Of a stretch of DNA of 24,000 bases, positions 1 to 7,632 are shown one piece after another. The first letter of the stretch is position 1. Each line of letters opens with the position of its first letter. The DNA comes from Dendrosporobacter sp. 1207_IL3150. GTDB lineage: Bacteria; Bacillota; Negativicutes; DSM-1736; Dendrosporobacteraceae. The notes beneath the pieces were generated by a model. It was given only the letters and a program-made list of their open reading frames with translations, ran no database searches and had not been told where the DNA came from. The stretch is from the NCBI RefSeq assembly GCF_036763085.1, contig NZ_JBAIYU010000014.1, positions 48,306 to 72,305 of the forward strand, given 5' to 3'. The translations under genes were made by a program, and so were the position numbers.

Positions 1-111
1 GTGGGCATAGGCTCACCCCTAAATATAATAAAAATTTAATAGGAAAAAAATAGTCTAAGAAGAATATAATGGTATAAAAGAGTTAATAATATGGTGGGAG
101 GAGGATGTTCA

Positions 112-366
112 ATGCCCAATTTAGAAGAAACAATGATGTTTAAAGTTGAGAATGAAGATACTAACGATGCGGCTGTTATAATAGGCAAGGTGTGCCAGTC
201 ATTACGCGAAAAAGGGTATAATCCTATTAGTCAACTGGTAGGTTACCTCTTATCTGGTGATCCTACTTACATTACAAGCCATAATAATGCTCGTGGTATA
301 ATACGCAAGCTTGAGCGCGATGAATTATTAGAAGAATTGGTACGTGCGTATTTAAAAAATAAATAA
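112..366 (+). CDS. ireB: IreB/UPF0297 family small regulatory phosphoprotein (YrzL-like)
   Basis: Track ORF 91..366. The in-frame ATG at 112 lies 7 nt after GGGAGGAGG (96-104), so 112 is preferred over 91. The core [44 protein letters not shown] matches my memory of the UPF0297/IreB family. Its position upstream of ruvX, DUF1292 and mltG matches the Firmicute yrzL-yrrK-yrzB-yrrL block. Confidence 0.8.
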   Translation: MPNLEETMMFKVENEDTNDAAVIIGKVCQSLREKGYNPISQLVGYLLSGDPTYITSHNNARGIIRKLERDELLEELVRAYLKNK

Positions 367-367
367 A

Positions 368-1315
368 ATGAAATATGCAATATTGGGAAAGTCTCAGTTA
401 AAGGTTTCAAAATTATGCTTTGGTGCACTAACTATCGGGTGCCTTCAAGCAAATTTACCCTTGCAGGATGGAGCAGCTGTTATCGAAGAAGCTCTTGACG
501 CAGGGGTTAATTTTATTGATACAGCCGAGTTATATCAAACTTATGGATATATTAAAGAAGCGATAAAGCACCGTAAGAATGAGGTAATAGTATCTTCGAA
601 ATCGTATGCATATACTTATGAAGATATGAAAAATAGCGTTGAGAATGCTTGTAAACAGATAGATCGCGACTATATTGATATATTTATGCTTCATGAGCAG
701 ACGTCTAGATTAACCTTAAAGGGACATTGGGAAGCTTTAGAATATTTATTTGAAGCAAAAGAAAAAGGCATGATACGAGCAATTGGTGTTTCAACTCATA
801 CTATCGAAGTTGTACGCGTTGTTTCTTTAATTGACGAAATAGATGTAATACATCCTATACTTAATATGCGGGGAATTGGCATTTGCGATGGGGCGGTTGA
901 ACAAATGCTTGAGGCTATAAATTTTGCCGCAAGTATGGACAAGGGTATATATACAATGAAAGCTCTAGGGGGCGGGCACTTAAGTTCAGTTTCACTGGAA
1001 GCTTTTAACTGGGTACTAAACCAGACTGGCATAGCCTCAGTTGCTGTCGGCATGCAAACTCGCGAAGAAGCTAAGTTGAACTGTAAAATTTTCAGCGGAT
1101 TGGAATATAGTGAAGATCTTCTCCAGAAAGTAGCGCAGAAGAAGCGTAAGCTCCTGATTGAAGATTGGTGTTTAGGCTGTGGTCAGTGTGCTCAAAAATG
1201 TCCTATGGGAGCATTAGGCATAGAGAATGGAAAAGCTGTTCAAATTAATGAAAAATGCGCTCTGTGCGGTTACTGCGGGGCATATTGTCCAGAGTTTTGT
1301 ATAAAAATAATATAA
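368..1315 (+). CDS. aldo/keto reductase fused to a C-terminal 2x[4Fe-4S] ferredoxin domain
   Basis: The N-terminus MKYAILGKSQLKVSKLCFG is typical of AKRs. Candidate catalytic residues are present in order: D..Y in DTAELYQTYG, K in SSKSY, H in FMLHEQ. The C-terminus carries two CxxCxxCxxxCP motifs (CLGCGQCAQKCP and CALCGYCGAYCP). The ATG starts 1 nt after the ireB stop and has no visible SD, which suggests translational coupling. Confidence 0.8.
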   Translation: MKYAILGKSQLKVSKLCFGALTIGCLQANLPLQDGAAVIEEALDAGVNFIDTAELYQTYGYIKEAIKHRKNEVIVSSKSYAYTYEDMKNSVENACKQIDRDYIDIFMLHEQTSRLTLKGHWEALEYLFEAKEKGMIRAIGVSTHTIEVVRVVSLIDEIDVIHPILNMRGIGICDGAVEQMLEAINFAASMDKGIYTMKALGGGHLSSVSLEAFNWVLNQTGIASVAVGMQTREEAKLNCKIFSGLEYSEDLLQKVAQKKRKLLIEDWCLGCGQCAQKCPMGALGIENGKAVQINEKCALCGYCGAYCPEFCIKII

Positions 1316-1348
1316 TCATAAATTCAGTAGTAATATTTTGGAGGAATA

Positions 1349-1768
1349 ATGCGTATACTAGCACTTGATGTCGGGGATAGAACAATTGGTGTAGCAGTAA
1401 GTGATGAATTATTATTTACCGCTCAAGGTGTCGAGGTAATAAGACGAACAAGTTTGGAAAAAGATTTTACAAGACTTCAGCAAATTGTTTCACAATATGA
1501 TGTAAAAACAATTTTAGTTGGTTTACCAAAAAACATGAATGGTACAATCGGGCCGCGTGGTGAATTAGTACAGCAATTTGTCACTGAATTAACTTCAGCA
1601 ATCAATAATATTGAAGTTAAATTGTGGGACGAGCGACTTTCAACGGTTGCAGCAGAGAAATCGTTAATTGCGGCTGATGTCAGCAGAGCTAAGCGCCGAC
1701 AAGTAATAGACAAAATGGCGGCTGTTTTTATTCTGCAAGGCTATCTAGATAGTCTTCCACGCCAATAA
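1349..1768 (+). CDS. ruvX: Holliday-junction resolvase-like nuclease RuvX (YqgF family)
   Basis: The N-terminus [19 protein letters not shown] is the YqgF/RuvX signature. GGAGGA (1339-1344) precedes the ATG. The 139-aa length and the position between ireB and DUF1292/mltG both fit. Confidence 0.9.
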   Translation: MRILALDVGDRTIGVAVSDELLFTAQGVEVIRRTSLEKDFTRLQQIVSQYDVKTILVGLPKNMNGTIGPRGELVQQFVTELTSAINNIEVKLWDERLSTVAAEKSLIAADVSRAKRRQVIDKMAAVFILQGYLDSLPRQ

Positions 1769-1773
1769 CTTCC

Positions 1774-1802
1774 TTGACAGTAAAAGTTTTCTAGGATAAA
1801 AT
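1774..1802 (+). promoter_or_regulatory. sigma-A-type promoter (TTGACA-17 nt-TAAAAT) upstream of the DUF1292 gene
   Basis: Read directly: a perfect -35 TTGACA at 1774-1779, an exact 17-nt spacer, and -10 TAAAAT at 1797-1802. It lies in the ruvX/DUF1292 intergenic gap, about 30 nt upstream of the ATG at 1832. Confidence 0.55.
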
Positions 1803-1831
1803 TACAGTACACTAATTATGAGGTGAAAAAG

Positions 1832-2158
1832 ATGGCTGATAATGAAAAAGATAACATCGAAGAAATGGACGAAGATCTTGTTGTTGTCATGACTGACGAA
1901 GAAGGTAATGAATATTACTATCGTGAGGAACTAATCATTCCTATCGGGGAAAAACGTTTTGCCATTCTAGTGTCAATTGACGATGCAGATTGCGGTTGTG
2001 GCTGTGAAGCTGGAGCTGAAGAAGATGTGTTCATTGCTCGTATTGATACTGATGAAAACGGCGAAGAAGTTTACTTAGATCCTACCGACGAAGAGTTTGA
2101 ACAAGTTCGCGAGGCTTACGAAGAATTAATGGAAGACGAAGAAGATGAAGCCGAATAG
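1832..2158 (+). CDS. highly acidic DUF1292/UPF0473 (YrzB-like) protein
   Basis: The track ORF starts at GTG 1823, but that codon overlaps the SD AGGTGA (1821-1826). The ATG at 1832 has 5-nt spacing and is preferred. The sequence VVVMTDEEGNEYYYREELIIPIGEKRFAILV ... DPTDEEFEQVREAYEELM resembles DUF1292, and the position before mltG matches Bacillus yrzB. Confidence 0.75.
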   Translation: MADNEKDNIEEMDEDLVVVMTDEEGNEYYYREELIIPIGEKRFAILVSIDDADCGCGCEAGAEEDVFIARIDTDENGEEVYLDPTDEEFEQVREAYEELMEDEEDEAE

Positions 2159-2172
2159 GCTTCATTTTTTTT
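2147..2172 (+). terminator. intrinsic terminator after the DUF1292 gene
   Basis: GAAGCC (2147-2152), loop GAATA, GGCTTC (2158-2163), then ATTTTTTTT. The stem can be extended with A-U and G-U pairs. The left arm overlaps the stop codon. Confidence 0.6.
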
Positions 2173-2253
2173 GTCTTTTTGTGTATAATAGAGAAACGAA
2201 ATTAACACATTATTGTAAACAGTATTACGGTAGTGGCAAGAGAGGTGATTTAA

Positions 2254-3258
2254 ATGATGCACCAAAAGGGTAGTGTTAGGTTTGTTATTGCAATAAGTTT
2301 GATAATAATATTGCTTGGAAGCTTTGTGTATGGTATGGCTAAACCTGTTAATTCAGCTTCTAGCGACATAACCTATGTTTCAGTAAAACCAGGGATGACG
2401 GCAGACACGATAGGCAGCTTGCTTTATGAGCAGGGCTTGATAAAGAATGTTCTCGTATTTAGAATTATTGCCAAAATACACGGCTTAGACAACACTTTAA
2501 AAGCCGGAGATTACAGCTTTACGAAAAATATGCCTGTTACGGCAATTGTTGAAAAACTTGCACGCGGTGAAGTATCGCTGCGTAAAATAACTATTCCAGA
2601 AGGATATACGGTCGATCAAATAGCTAATTTAATAAAAGAAAAGAAGCTCGCTGATCCAGAAAAATTTAAGGAACATGCCAGAAACTTTAAGAACTACCCA
2701 TATATGGAAGCTAATAAAGACACAATATACCAAGTAGAAGGATTTATATTTCCTGATACCTATGAAATTGCTAATGGAGCATCAGAAGAGCAACTTTTAG
2801 CAATGATGGTGGATGAATTTAATAAAAGGTTCACTGATGATATGCGAGAGAAAGCTAACCAACTAGGATTACCGGTTAGAGATGTAATAATCTTAGCATC
2901 ATTAGTTGAAAAGGAAGCTCGCATCGATAGCGAACGGCCTTTAATTGCTGGCGTCTTTCTAAACCGTCTTAAAAATGATATGCCGCTTCAATCCTGTGCT
3001 ACTATTCAATATATTTTGGGATATCCTAAGCCGGAACTTACCATTCAAGATACAAAAATCGTTTCACCCTATAACACTTATATCAACATGGGTTTGCCGC
3101 CTGGGCCGATTGCTAACCCAGGAACAGCTTCAATTAACGCAGTTCTTAATGCATCCCAAACAGAATATTTATATTTTGTGGCTGATGAAAAAGGGCACCA
3201 TCATTTCAGCAAAACATATGAAGAACATTTATTAGCTATTGAGCGGGTGCAGAAATAA
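2254..3258 (+). CDS. mltG: endolytic murein transglycosylase MltG (YceG-like)
   Basis: The product has an N-terminal TM helix (FVIAISLIIILLGSFVYGM). The YceG-like core includes LASLVEKEA with the catalytic-type Glu and SPYNTYINMGLPPGPIANPG. SD GAGGTGA lies 6 nt upstream of the ATG. Confidence 0.9.
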   Translation: MMHQKGSVRFVIAISLIIILLGSFVYGMAKPVNSASSDITYVSVKPGMTADTIGSLLYEQGLIKNVLVFRIIAKIHGLDNTLKAGDYSFTKNMPVTAIVEKLARGEVSLRKITIPEGYTVDQIANLIKEKKLADPEKFKEHARNFKNYPYMEANKDTIYQVEGFIFPDTYEIANGASEEQLLAMMVDEFNKRFTDDMREKANQLGLPVRDVIILASLVEKEARIDSERPLIAGVFLNRLKNDMPLQSCATIQYILGYPKPELTIQDTKIVSPYNTYINMGLPPGPIANPGTASINAVLNASQTEYLYFVADEKGHHHFSKTYEEHLLAIERVQK

Positions 3259-3869
3259 TGGAAATAAACGAAAGTATATTTTCTAAACTGGAAGAGTATG
3301 CCGCAAATTTTAATGTTCCAATAATTCATCCCGAAGGGGCTGAAGTGCTTACAAATATTGTTTTAAGCACTAAGCCCCATTCCATACTCGAGATTGGTAC
3401 GGCAATTGGATATTCAGCCCTGAAAATTGCCCAGTACGCACCTGATAAAGCGAGGATTGTTACGGTAGAATTAGATAAAGAGCGGATTACTGCTGCCAAG
3501 CACTTTATTAGTGAAGCCAATGCTGAAGCTGTAATTCAATTAGTCGAGGGCGATGCCGGGGAAGTTGTTAGTAATTTACCTGGGCCTTTTGACTTAGTGT
3601 TTATAGATGCTGCAAAAGGGCAGTATCTTGATTATTTTAAAAAGATTGAGAACAAGCTCAATAATAATGCAGTTATTATAGCAGATAATGTTTTGTTTCG
3701 AGGTTTAGTTGAAAGTATAGAGGAGCCGCCTCGTAGATACCGAACAATAATAAGACGATTACGTGAATATCTTGAGTACGCTAGAAGCCATCCTAATTTT
3801 GAAACAGTACTGCATAGAATTGGTGATGGGATAGCCGTTTCGTACTATAGGGGGTCAGAAAGTGAATAG
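3258..3869 (+). CDS. trmR: class I SAM-dependent O-methyltransferase, YrrM/TrmR-like (tRNA ho5U methyltransferase family)
   Basis: The SAM-binding motif ILEIGTAIGYS, the family-3 O-methyltransferase layout (DLVFIDAAK, IIADNVLFRG) and the 203-aa length all fit. The start overlaps the mltG stop (ATAATG). The position directly before a U32 gene matches Bacillus yrrM-yrrN-yrrO. Confidence 0.75.
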   Translation: MEINESIFSKLEEYAANFNVPIIHPEGAEVLTNIVLSTKPHSILEIGTAIGYSALKIAQYAPDKARIVTVELDKERITAAKHFISEANAEAVIQLVEGDAGEVVSNLPGPFDLVFIDAAKGQYLDYFKKIENKLNNNAVIIADNVLFRGLVESIEEPPRRYRTIIRRLREYLEYARSHPNFETVLHRIGDGIAVSYYRGSESE

Positions 3870-5082
3870 ACCAGAGTTGCTTGCACCGGCCGGTAATCTT
3901 GAAAAACTCAAGATGGCTATACTTTATGGCGCAGATGCCGTATTTATGGGCGGCAAAGCATTCGGATTGAGAGCATTTAGTGATAATTTCAGCGATAATG
4001 AGCTCAGAGAGGGAATTTCCTATGCCCATAGTTTTAAGAAAAAAGCATATATAACAGTTAACGTTTTTCCGCATAATGATGATTTAACTAATTTACCTGA
4101 ATATCTGACCTTTTTGCGAGATGCTGGTGCTGATGGGATAATTATCGCCGATTTAGGTGTATATCGAATAGCTCGAGAGGTAGTACCTGACCTTCCGATT
4201 CACATTAGTACGCAGGCTAACAATACTAACTGGTCTTCAGTTTTATGCTGGCAGGATTTAGGGGCAAAACGGGTAGTGCTAGCTAGGGAATTATCACTAA
4301 ATGATATAAATATAATTCGGGCTAAAGTTAATATAGAGCTTGAGGCGTTTGTACACGGTGCAATGTGTATTTCATACTCAGGCAGATGTTTAATGAGTAA
4401 TTATTTTACCGGCCGTGATGCCAATAGAGGTGAGTGCGCTCAGCCGTGTCGTTGGAAGTACTATATAGTTGAGGAAAAGAGACCTAATCAATATATACCT
4501 GTTTTGGAAGATGAAAAAGGAACATACATTTTCAACTCAAAAGATTTATGCCTGCTTCCTCATTTGCCGAAGTTGATCGATAGCGGCTTGAATAGCTTTA
4601 AAATCGAAGGCCGTATGAAAAGCGTCCATTATGTTGCAACAGTAGTTAAAGTCTATCGAGAAGCTATTGACAGTTACTTCAAAGATCCGGTTAACTTTGC
4701 CGTAAAACCCGAATGGCTGGAAGAGTTAAATAAAGTATCTCACCGTGAATATACAACAGGATTTTATTTTAATAAAACGACACATGAGGATCAAATATAT
4801 GGTTCTTCTTCGTATAGTCAAACCCATGATTTTATCGGTTTAGTAAAGAGTTATAATCAAGCTGATGGAACTGCCACAATTGAACAGCGCAATAACATGA
4901 GAGTGGGTCAATATATTGAAATTATACAACCGCAAGGACCTACATTTACTCAAAAGATTGAGGCTATGTTTGATATTGATGGCAATCCGATCGACGTAGC
5001 TCCCCATCCGCAGCAAATTATCACAATTCCAATGGCTCAGCCTATAGAAGCGTACTCTATGCTTCGGAGAAAGGCAGAATAA
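3862..5082 (+). CDS. peptidase U32 family protein (YrrO/TrhP-like, prephenate-dependent tRNA hydroxylation family)
   Basis: The N-terminus NRPELLAPAGNLEKLKMAILYGADAVFMGG is the classic U32 start. An internal Cys cluster (CISYSGRC...CAQPCR) is present. The GTG start overlaps the upstream stop by 8 nt. The product is 406 aa. Confidence 0.85.
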   Translation: MNRPELLAPAGNLEKLKMAILYGADAVFMGGKAFGLRAFSDNFSDNELREGISYAHSFKKKAYITVNVFPHNDDLTNLPEYLTFLRDAGADGIIIADLGVYRIAREVVPDLPIHISTQANNTNWSSVLCWQDLGAKRVVLARELSLNDINIIRAKVNIELEAFVHGAMCISYSGRCLMSNYFTGRDANRGECAQPCRWKYYIVEEKRPNQYIPVLEDEKGTYIFNSKDLCLLPHLPKLIDSGLNSFKIEGRMKSVHYVATVVKVYREAIDSYFKDPVNFAVKPEWLEELNKVSHREYTTGFYFNKTTHEDQIYGSSSYSQTHDFIGLVKSYNQADGTATIEQRNNMRVGQYIEIIQPQGPTFTQKIEAMFDIDGNPIDVAPHPQQIITIPMAQPIEAYSMLRRKAE

Positions 5083-5306
5083 TGATGAATGCTATATATA
5101 TACGTGTTAACCCTAAGTACGTCCATTATATTAATCGGATCATGGAAGGATATGAATACCTTGGTACGGTTAGCACTATAAATCGAGCAGAAGGTATTGT
5201 AATAGTAAGAGTTACCCCTGATACTTTAGCTGATGTGAAAGACATAATTGACAATTTAGACATTCCTTTCGAATACGTTAAGCATGATGAAATAATAAAA
5301 AACTAG
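5082..5306 (+). CDS. small conserved protein, DUF4911-like
   Basis: A 74-aa ORF starts in a TAATG overlap with the U32 stop. The sequence IYIRVNPKYVHYINRIMEGYEYLGTVSTI...GIVIVRVTPD resembles what I recall of DUF4911. That family call is from memory and is unverified. Coding status is supported by the tight coupling. Confidence 0.6.
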   Translation: MMNAIYIRVNPKYVHYINRIMEGYEYLGTVSTINRAEGIVIVRVTPDTLADVKDIIDNLDIPFEYVKHDEIIKN

Positions 5307-5333
5307 ATATAATGCTTTTAAAAATTCCAAAGA

Positions 5334-5368
5334 ATGCCATACTATAACTAGAGGTGATAGTATGGCAT
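5334..5368 (+). promoter_or_regulatory. perfect 12-bp inverted repeat (RNA hairpin or operator) enclosing the SD and start codon of the PBP gene
   Basis: ATGCCATACTAT (5334-5345) and ATAGTATGGCAT (5357-5368) are exact reverse complements. The 11-nt loop AACTAGAGGTG contains the SD GAGGTG. The right arm contains the ATG at 5362. The stem can be extended by A5333-U5369 and G5332-U5370. Confidence 0.5.
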
Positions 5369-7029
5369 TTAACGTTTCACGTATATATAGATTACTAATC
5401 TTTCTTGTCTTTATAGGAATTATGCTGGCAGGAAGATTGTTCTACTTACAAATAGTAGAAGGTACTGAGTTAACCTTATTAAGTTTAAGTGCTAGGGTGC
5501 AAGAAGTGCCGATGGAAGTTGCCCGTGGTGAAATTGTTGATCGCAATGGCATACCGCTAACTAATAATGCACAGCATTTTAGTCTAATTGTTTTTCCGGG
5601 GCAATTAGAAGATGTAGAAGTCTCCTCATATGAATTAGCTCGAATTACCGGCTTACATTCGGATACAATTGCTGGGAAAATTTCGAAAGATGAGCGTCCA
5701 TTTAAATTGAAAACTGATTTGGATGCTCTAACTGCCCAAAAAATAAATACATTAAAACTGCCAGGGGTGCTAATTGTACCGGAAAAAATTCGCTACGGTT
5801 ACAGTGCTTTGGCTGCTCATGTGACTGGGTATATTAATACTTCTGATAATCGGGGCGTAAGCGGAATAGAAGGAATGTTCGATGATTTTCTAAGAGGGAA
5901 TCAGCCAGAATATGCGGCAGCGATGGTTGATGCAGCTCAGCAGATAATTCCAGGGTTAGGGTATAAGAGGCTTAGACTTGATAATGGGAGTGGACCAAGC
6001 AATGTCGTTTTAACAATAGACAGCAAAGTTCAAAAAATAGTTGAAGCGGTACTTGACCGACATATGCAAAAAGGTGCAGTAGTCGTAATGAAACCTTCAA
6101 CAGGTGAGATATTGGCAATGGCATCAAGACCGAATTTTGATGCGAATAATCTAAATGACTACTTAGTACAAGAATCATCCCCCCTATTGAATAGAGCTAT
6201 TTCCGCCTATCAGCCTGGTTCGGTTTTTAAACTTGTTGTGGCAGCGGCGGCCTTGGAAAGCAAATTAGTTCATCCCAATGATGAATTTTACGACCCGGGC
6301 TACATAGACGTAAACGGCATTCGATTTAAAGGTTGGGATTATGACAGAGGGCCGCGAGGACGAATTACGTTTACAGACGCAATGGCCTATTCCAGTAATC
6401 CGGTTTTTATCGAAGTTGGTCAAAAAATTGGTGCCGAAAGACTTATTTCTTTTGCCCAAAAGTTAGGGTTTGGCCAAAAAACTAAACTCGAATTTTACGG
6501 AGAAGCGGATGGAAACTTACCGTCTCATGATAATATATATCCTGGTGAGTTGGCGAACCTTGCGATCGGTCAGGGAGAGTTTGAGGCCACTCCAGTTCAA
6601 ATGGCATCTTTAGTGTCTACTATAGTTAATGATGGAATAAAAGTAGAACCGTATATTGTTAGTAAACTGACTAATTCTAGCGGAGTTGTTGTAAAAAACT
6701 ATAATGCTTCACGTGGTGTTAGAGTATTATCAAAACAAACCTCAGCTCAGATGCGTGATATGATGGCAGCTGTAACAAAGTATGGGACAGGCCAGGCAGC
6801 ATATGTTGACGGTGCTGGTTCGGCAGGAAAAACCGGTTCAGCTGAAACAGGAAGAACAAATTCTGAGGGTAAAGGAATAAATCATGCTTGGTTTGCAGGT
6901 TACGGCCCCATAGACCGCCCTCAATATGTTATTGTTGTTTTTATAGAGGATGGTATGTCTGGCGGTGATGTTGCTGCACCGATTTTCCAGGAGATACTAT
7001 CTGAGATAAATTCGGTACAAGCGAAATAA
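5362..7029 (+). CDS. class B penicillin-binding protein (PBP2/FtsI/SpoVD/PbpI-type transpeptidase, no PASTA domains)
   Basis: An N-terminal TM anchor is present. The three transpeptidase motifs occur in order: SxxK (GSVFK), SxN (YSSNP) and KTG (GKTGSAE). The product is 555 aa. SD GAGGTG lies 5 nt upstream of the ATG. Confidence 0.9.
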   Translation: MAFNVSRIYRLLIFLVFIGIMLAGRLFYLQIVEGTELTLLSLSARVQEVPMEVARGEIVDRNGIPLTNNAQHFSLIVFPGQLEDVEVSSYELARITGLHSDTIAGKISKDERPFKLKTDLDALTAQKINTLKLPGVLIVPEKIRYGYSALAAHVTGYINTSDNRGVSGIEGMFDDFLRGNQPEYAAAMVDAAQQIIPGLGYKRLRLDNGSGPSNVVLTIDSKVQKIVEAVLDRHMQKGAVVVMKPSTGEILAMASRPNFDANNLNDYLVQESSPLLNRAISAYQPGSVFKLVVAAAALESKLVHPNDEFYDPGYIDVNGIRFKGWDYDRGPRGRITFTDAMAYSSNPVFIEVGQKIGAERLISFAQKLGFGQKTKLEFYGEADGNLPSHDNIYPGELANLAIGQGEFEATPVQMASLVSTIVNDGIKVEPYIVSKLTNSSGVVVKNYNASRGVRVLSKQTSAQMRDMMAAVTKYGTGQAAYVDGAGSAGKTGSAETGRTNSEGKGINHAWFAGYGPIDRPQYVIVVFIEDGMSGGDVAAPIFQEILSEINSVQAK

Positions 7030-7109
7030 TATAGTGATGAACAGTAGTGTATTAAGCATTATTAGCAAGTATATAATAATCTTAATGCATAAATCTATTT
7101 AACATGTTC

Positions 7110-7138
7110 TAGGCAAATACGATAAATTGTGGTAAAAT
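7110..7138 (+). promoter_or_regulatory. candidate sigma-A promoter with extended -10 (TAGGCA-17 nt-TGgTAAAAT) for aroQ/pepP/efp
   Basis: TAGGCA at 7110-7115, TG at 7130-7131, TAAAAT at 7133-7138. It lies about 40 nt upstream of the aroQ TTG start. This is a pattern match only. Confidence 0.4.
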
Positions 7139-7176
7139 GTAAAAGTTATTAATTTCTGGTAAGGCTGTGATGATTT

Positions 7177-7632
7177 TTGAAAGATCATACAAAAAAAATT
7201 CTGATTATTCATGGACCTAACCTTAATTTACTTGGAAAACGCGAGCCGCATATATACGGTTCCATGACATTAGAAGATATAAATAAACAACTTTGCGAAC
7301 GTGCTGAAATTCTTGGTGTAAGCATCGAAGTAATTCAAACAAATCACGAGGGTGTTATGATTGACACCATCCACAATGCTGAAGGACAGTATGATTGTAT
7401 TATAATAAATGCTGCTGCCTTTACACATTATAGTATTGCTGTTCGTGACGCACTGGCGGGAATAACTGTTCCTGCAATAGAGGTTCACCTTTCAAATATT
7501 CATAAACGTGAGGAGTTTCGGCATAAGTCGGTTATTGCTTCTGTTGTCATAGGGCAAATCAGCGGTTTTGGTGCACATAGCTATATCCTTGCCTTAGAAG
7601 GTGCAGCAAAACTTATAAAGCAGGAGGCATAA
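7177..7632 (+). CDS. aroQ: type II 3-dehydroquinate dehydratase
   Basis: KILIIHGPNLNLLGKREPHIYG and the HLSNIHKREEFRH motif are hallmark type II DHQase sequences. The only available in-frame start after the upstream stop (7171-7173) is TTG 7177, with a weak SD-like GTGAT 5 nt upstream. The aroQ-pepP-efp order matches Bacillus yqhS-yqhT-efp. Confidence 0.88.
   Translation: MKDHTKKILIIHGPNLNLLGKREPHIYGSMTLEDINKQLCERAEILGVSIEVIQTNHEGVMIDTIHNAEGQYDCIIINAAAFTHYSIAVRDALAGITVPAIEVHLSNIHKREEFRHKSVIASVVIGQISGFGAHSYILALEGAAKLIKQEA

Noticed and set aside
1-17. Partial hairpin GTGGGC-ATAG-GCTCAC at the window's 5' edge, possibly the upstream gene's terminator
   Set aside because: It is truncated by the window boundary, and CCCCTAAAT follows rather than a T-run. 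It cannot be evaluated.
2975-3235. 86-aa + strand ORF in an alternative frame within mltG
   Set aside because: The mltG frame carries the conserved YceG motifs throughout this stretch. The alternative frame has no SD and no recognisable similarity.
5334-5351. Mini-uORF ATG CCA TAC TAT AAC TAG (MPYYN-stop) in the left arm of the PBP inverted repeat
   Set aside because: No SD precedes it. The ATG is simply the mirror image of the real start codon in the palindrome.
7051-7086. AT-only hairpin (ATTAAGcATTATT / AATAATCTTAAT) after the PBP gene as a possible terminator
   Set aside because: The stem is entirely A-T with a bulge, and no T-run follows it. It is too weak to call. Termination of the PBP transcript is therefore unresolved.
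7038-7103. 21-codon ORF (MNSSVLSIISKYIIILMHKSI) in the PBP-aroQ spacer
   Set aside because: It has no SD, is AT-rich, and has no terminator or promoter logic. It is most likely a chance ORF.
7177-7632. Possible functional link between aroQ (shikimate/prephenate supply) and the nearby prephenate-dependent U32/TrmR module
   Set aside because: The genes are separated by a PBP gene and a promoter-containing gap. Also, aroQ-pepP-efp is a conserved block in its own right (Bacillus yqhS-yqhT-efp). Proximity is most simply coincidental.
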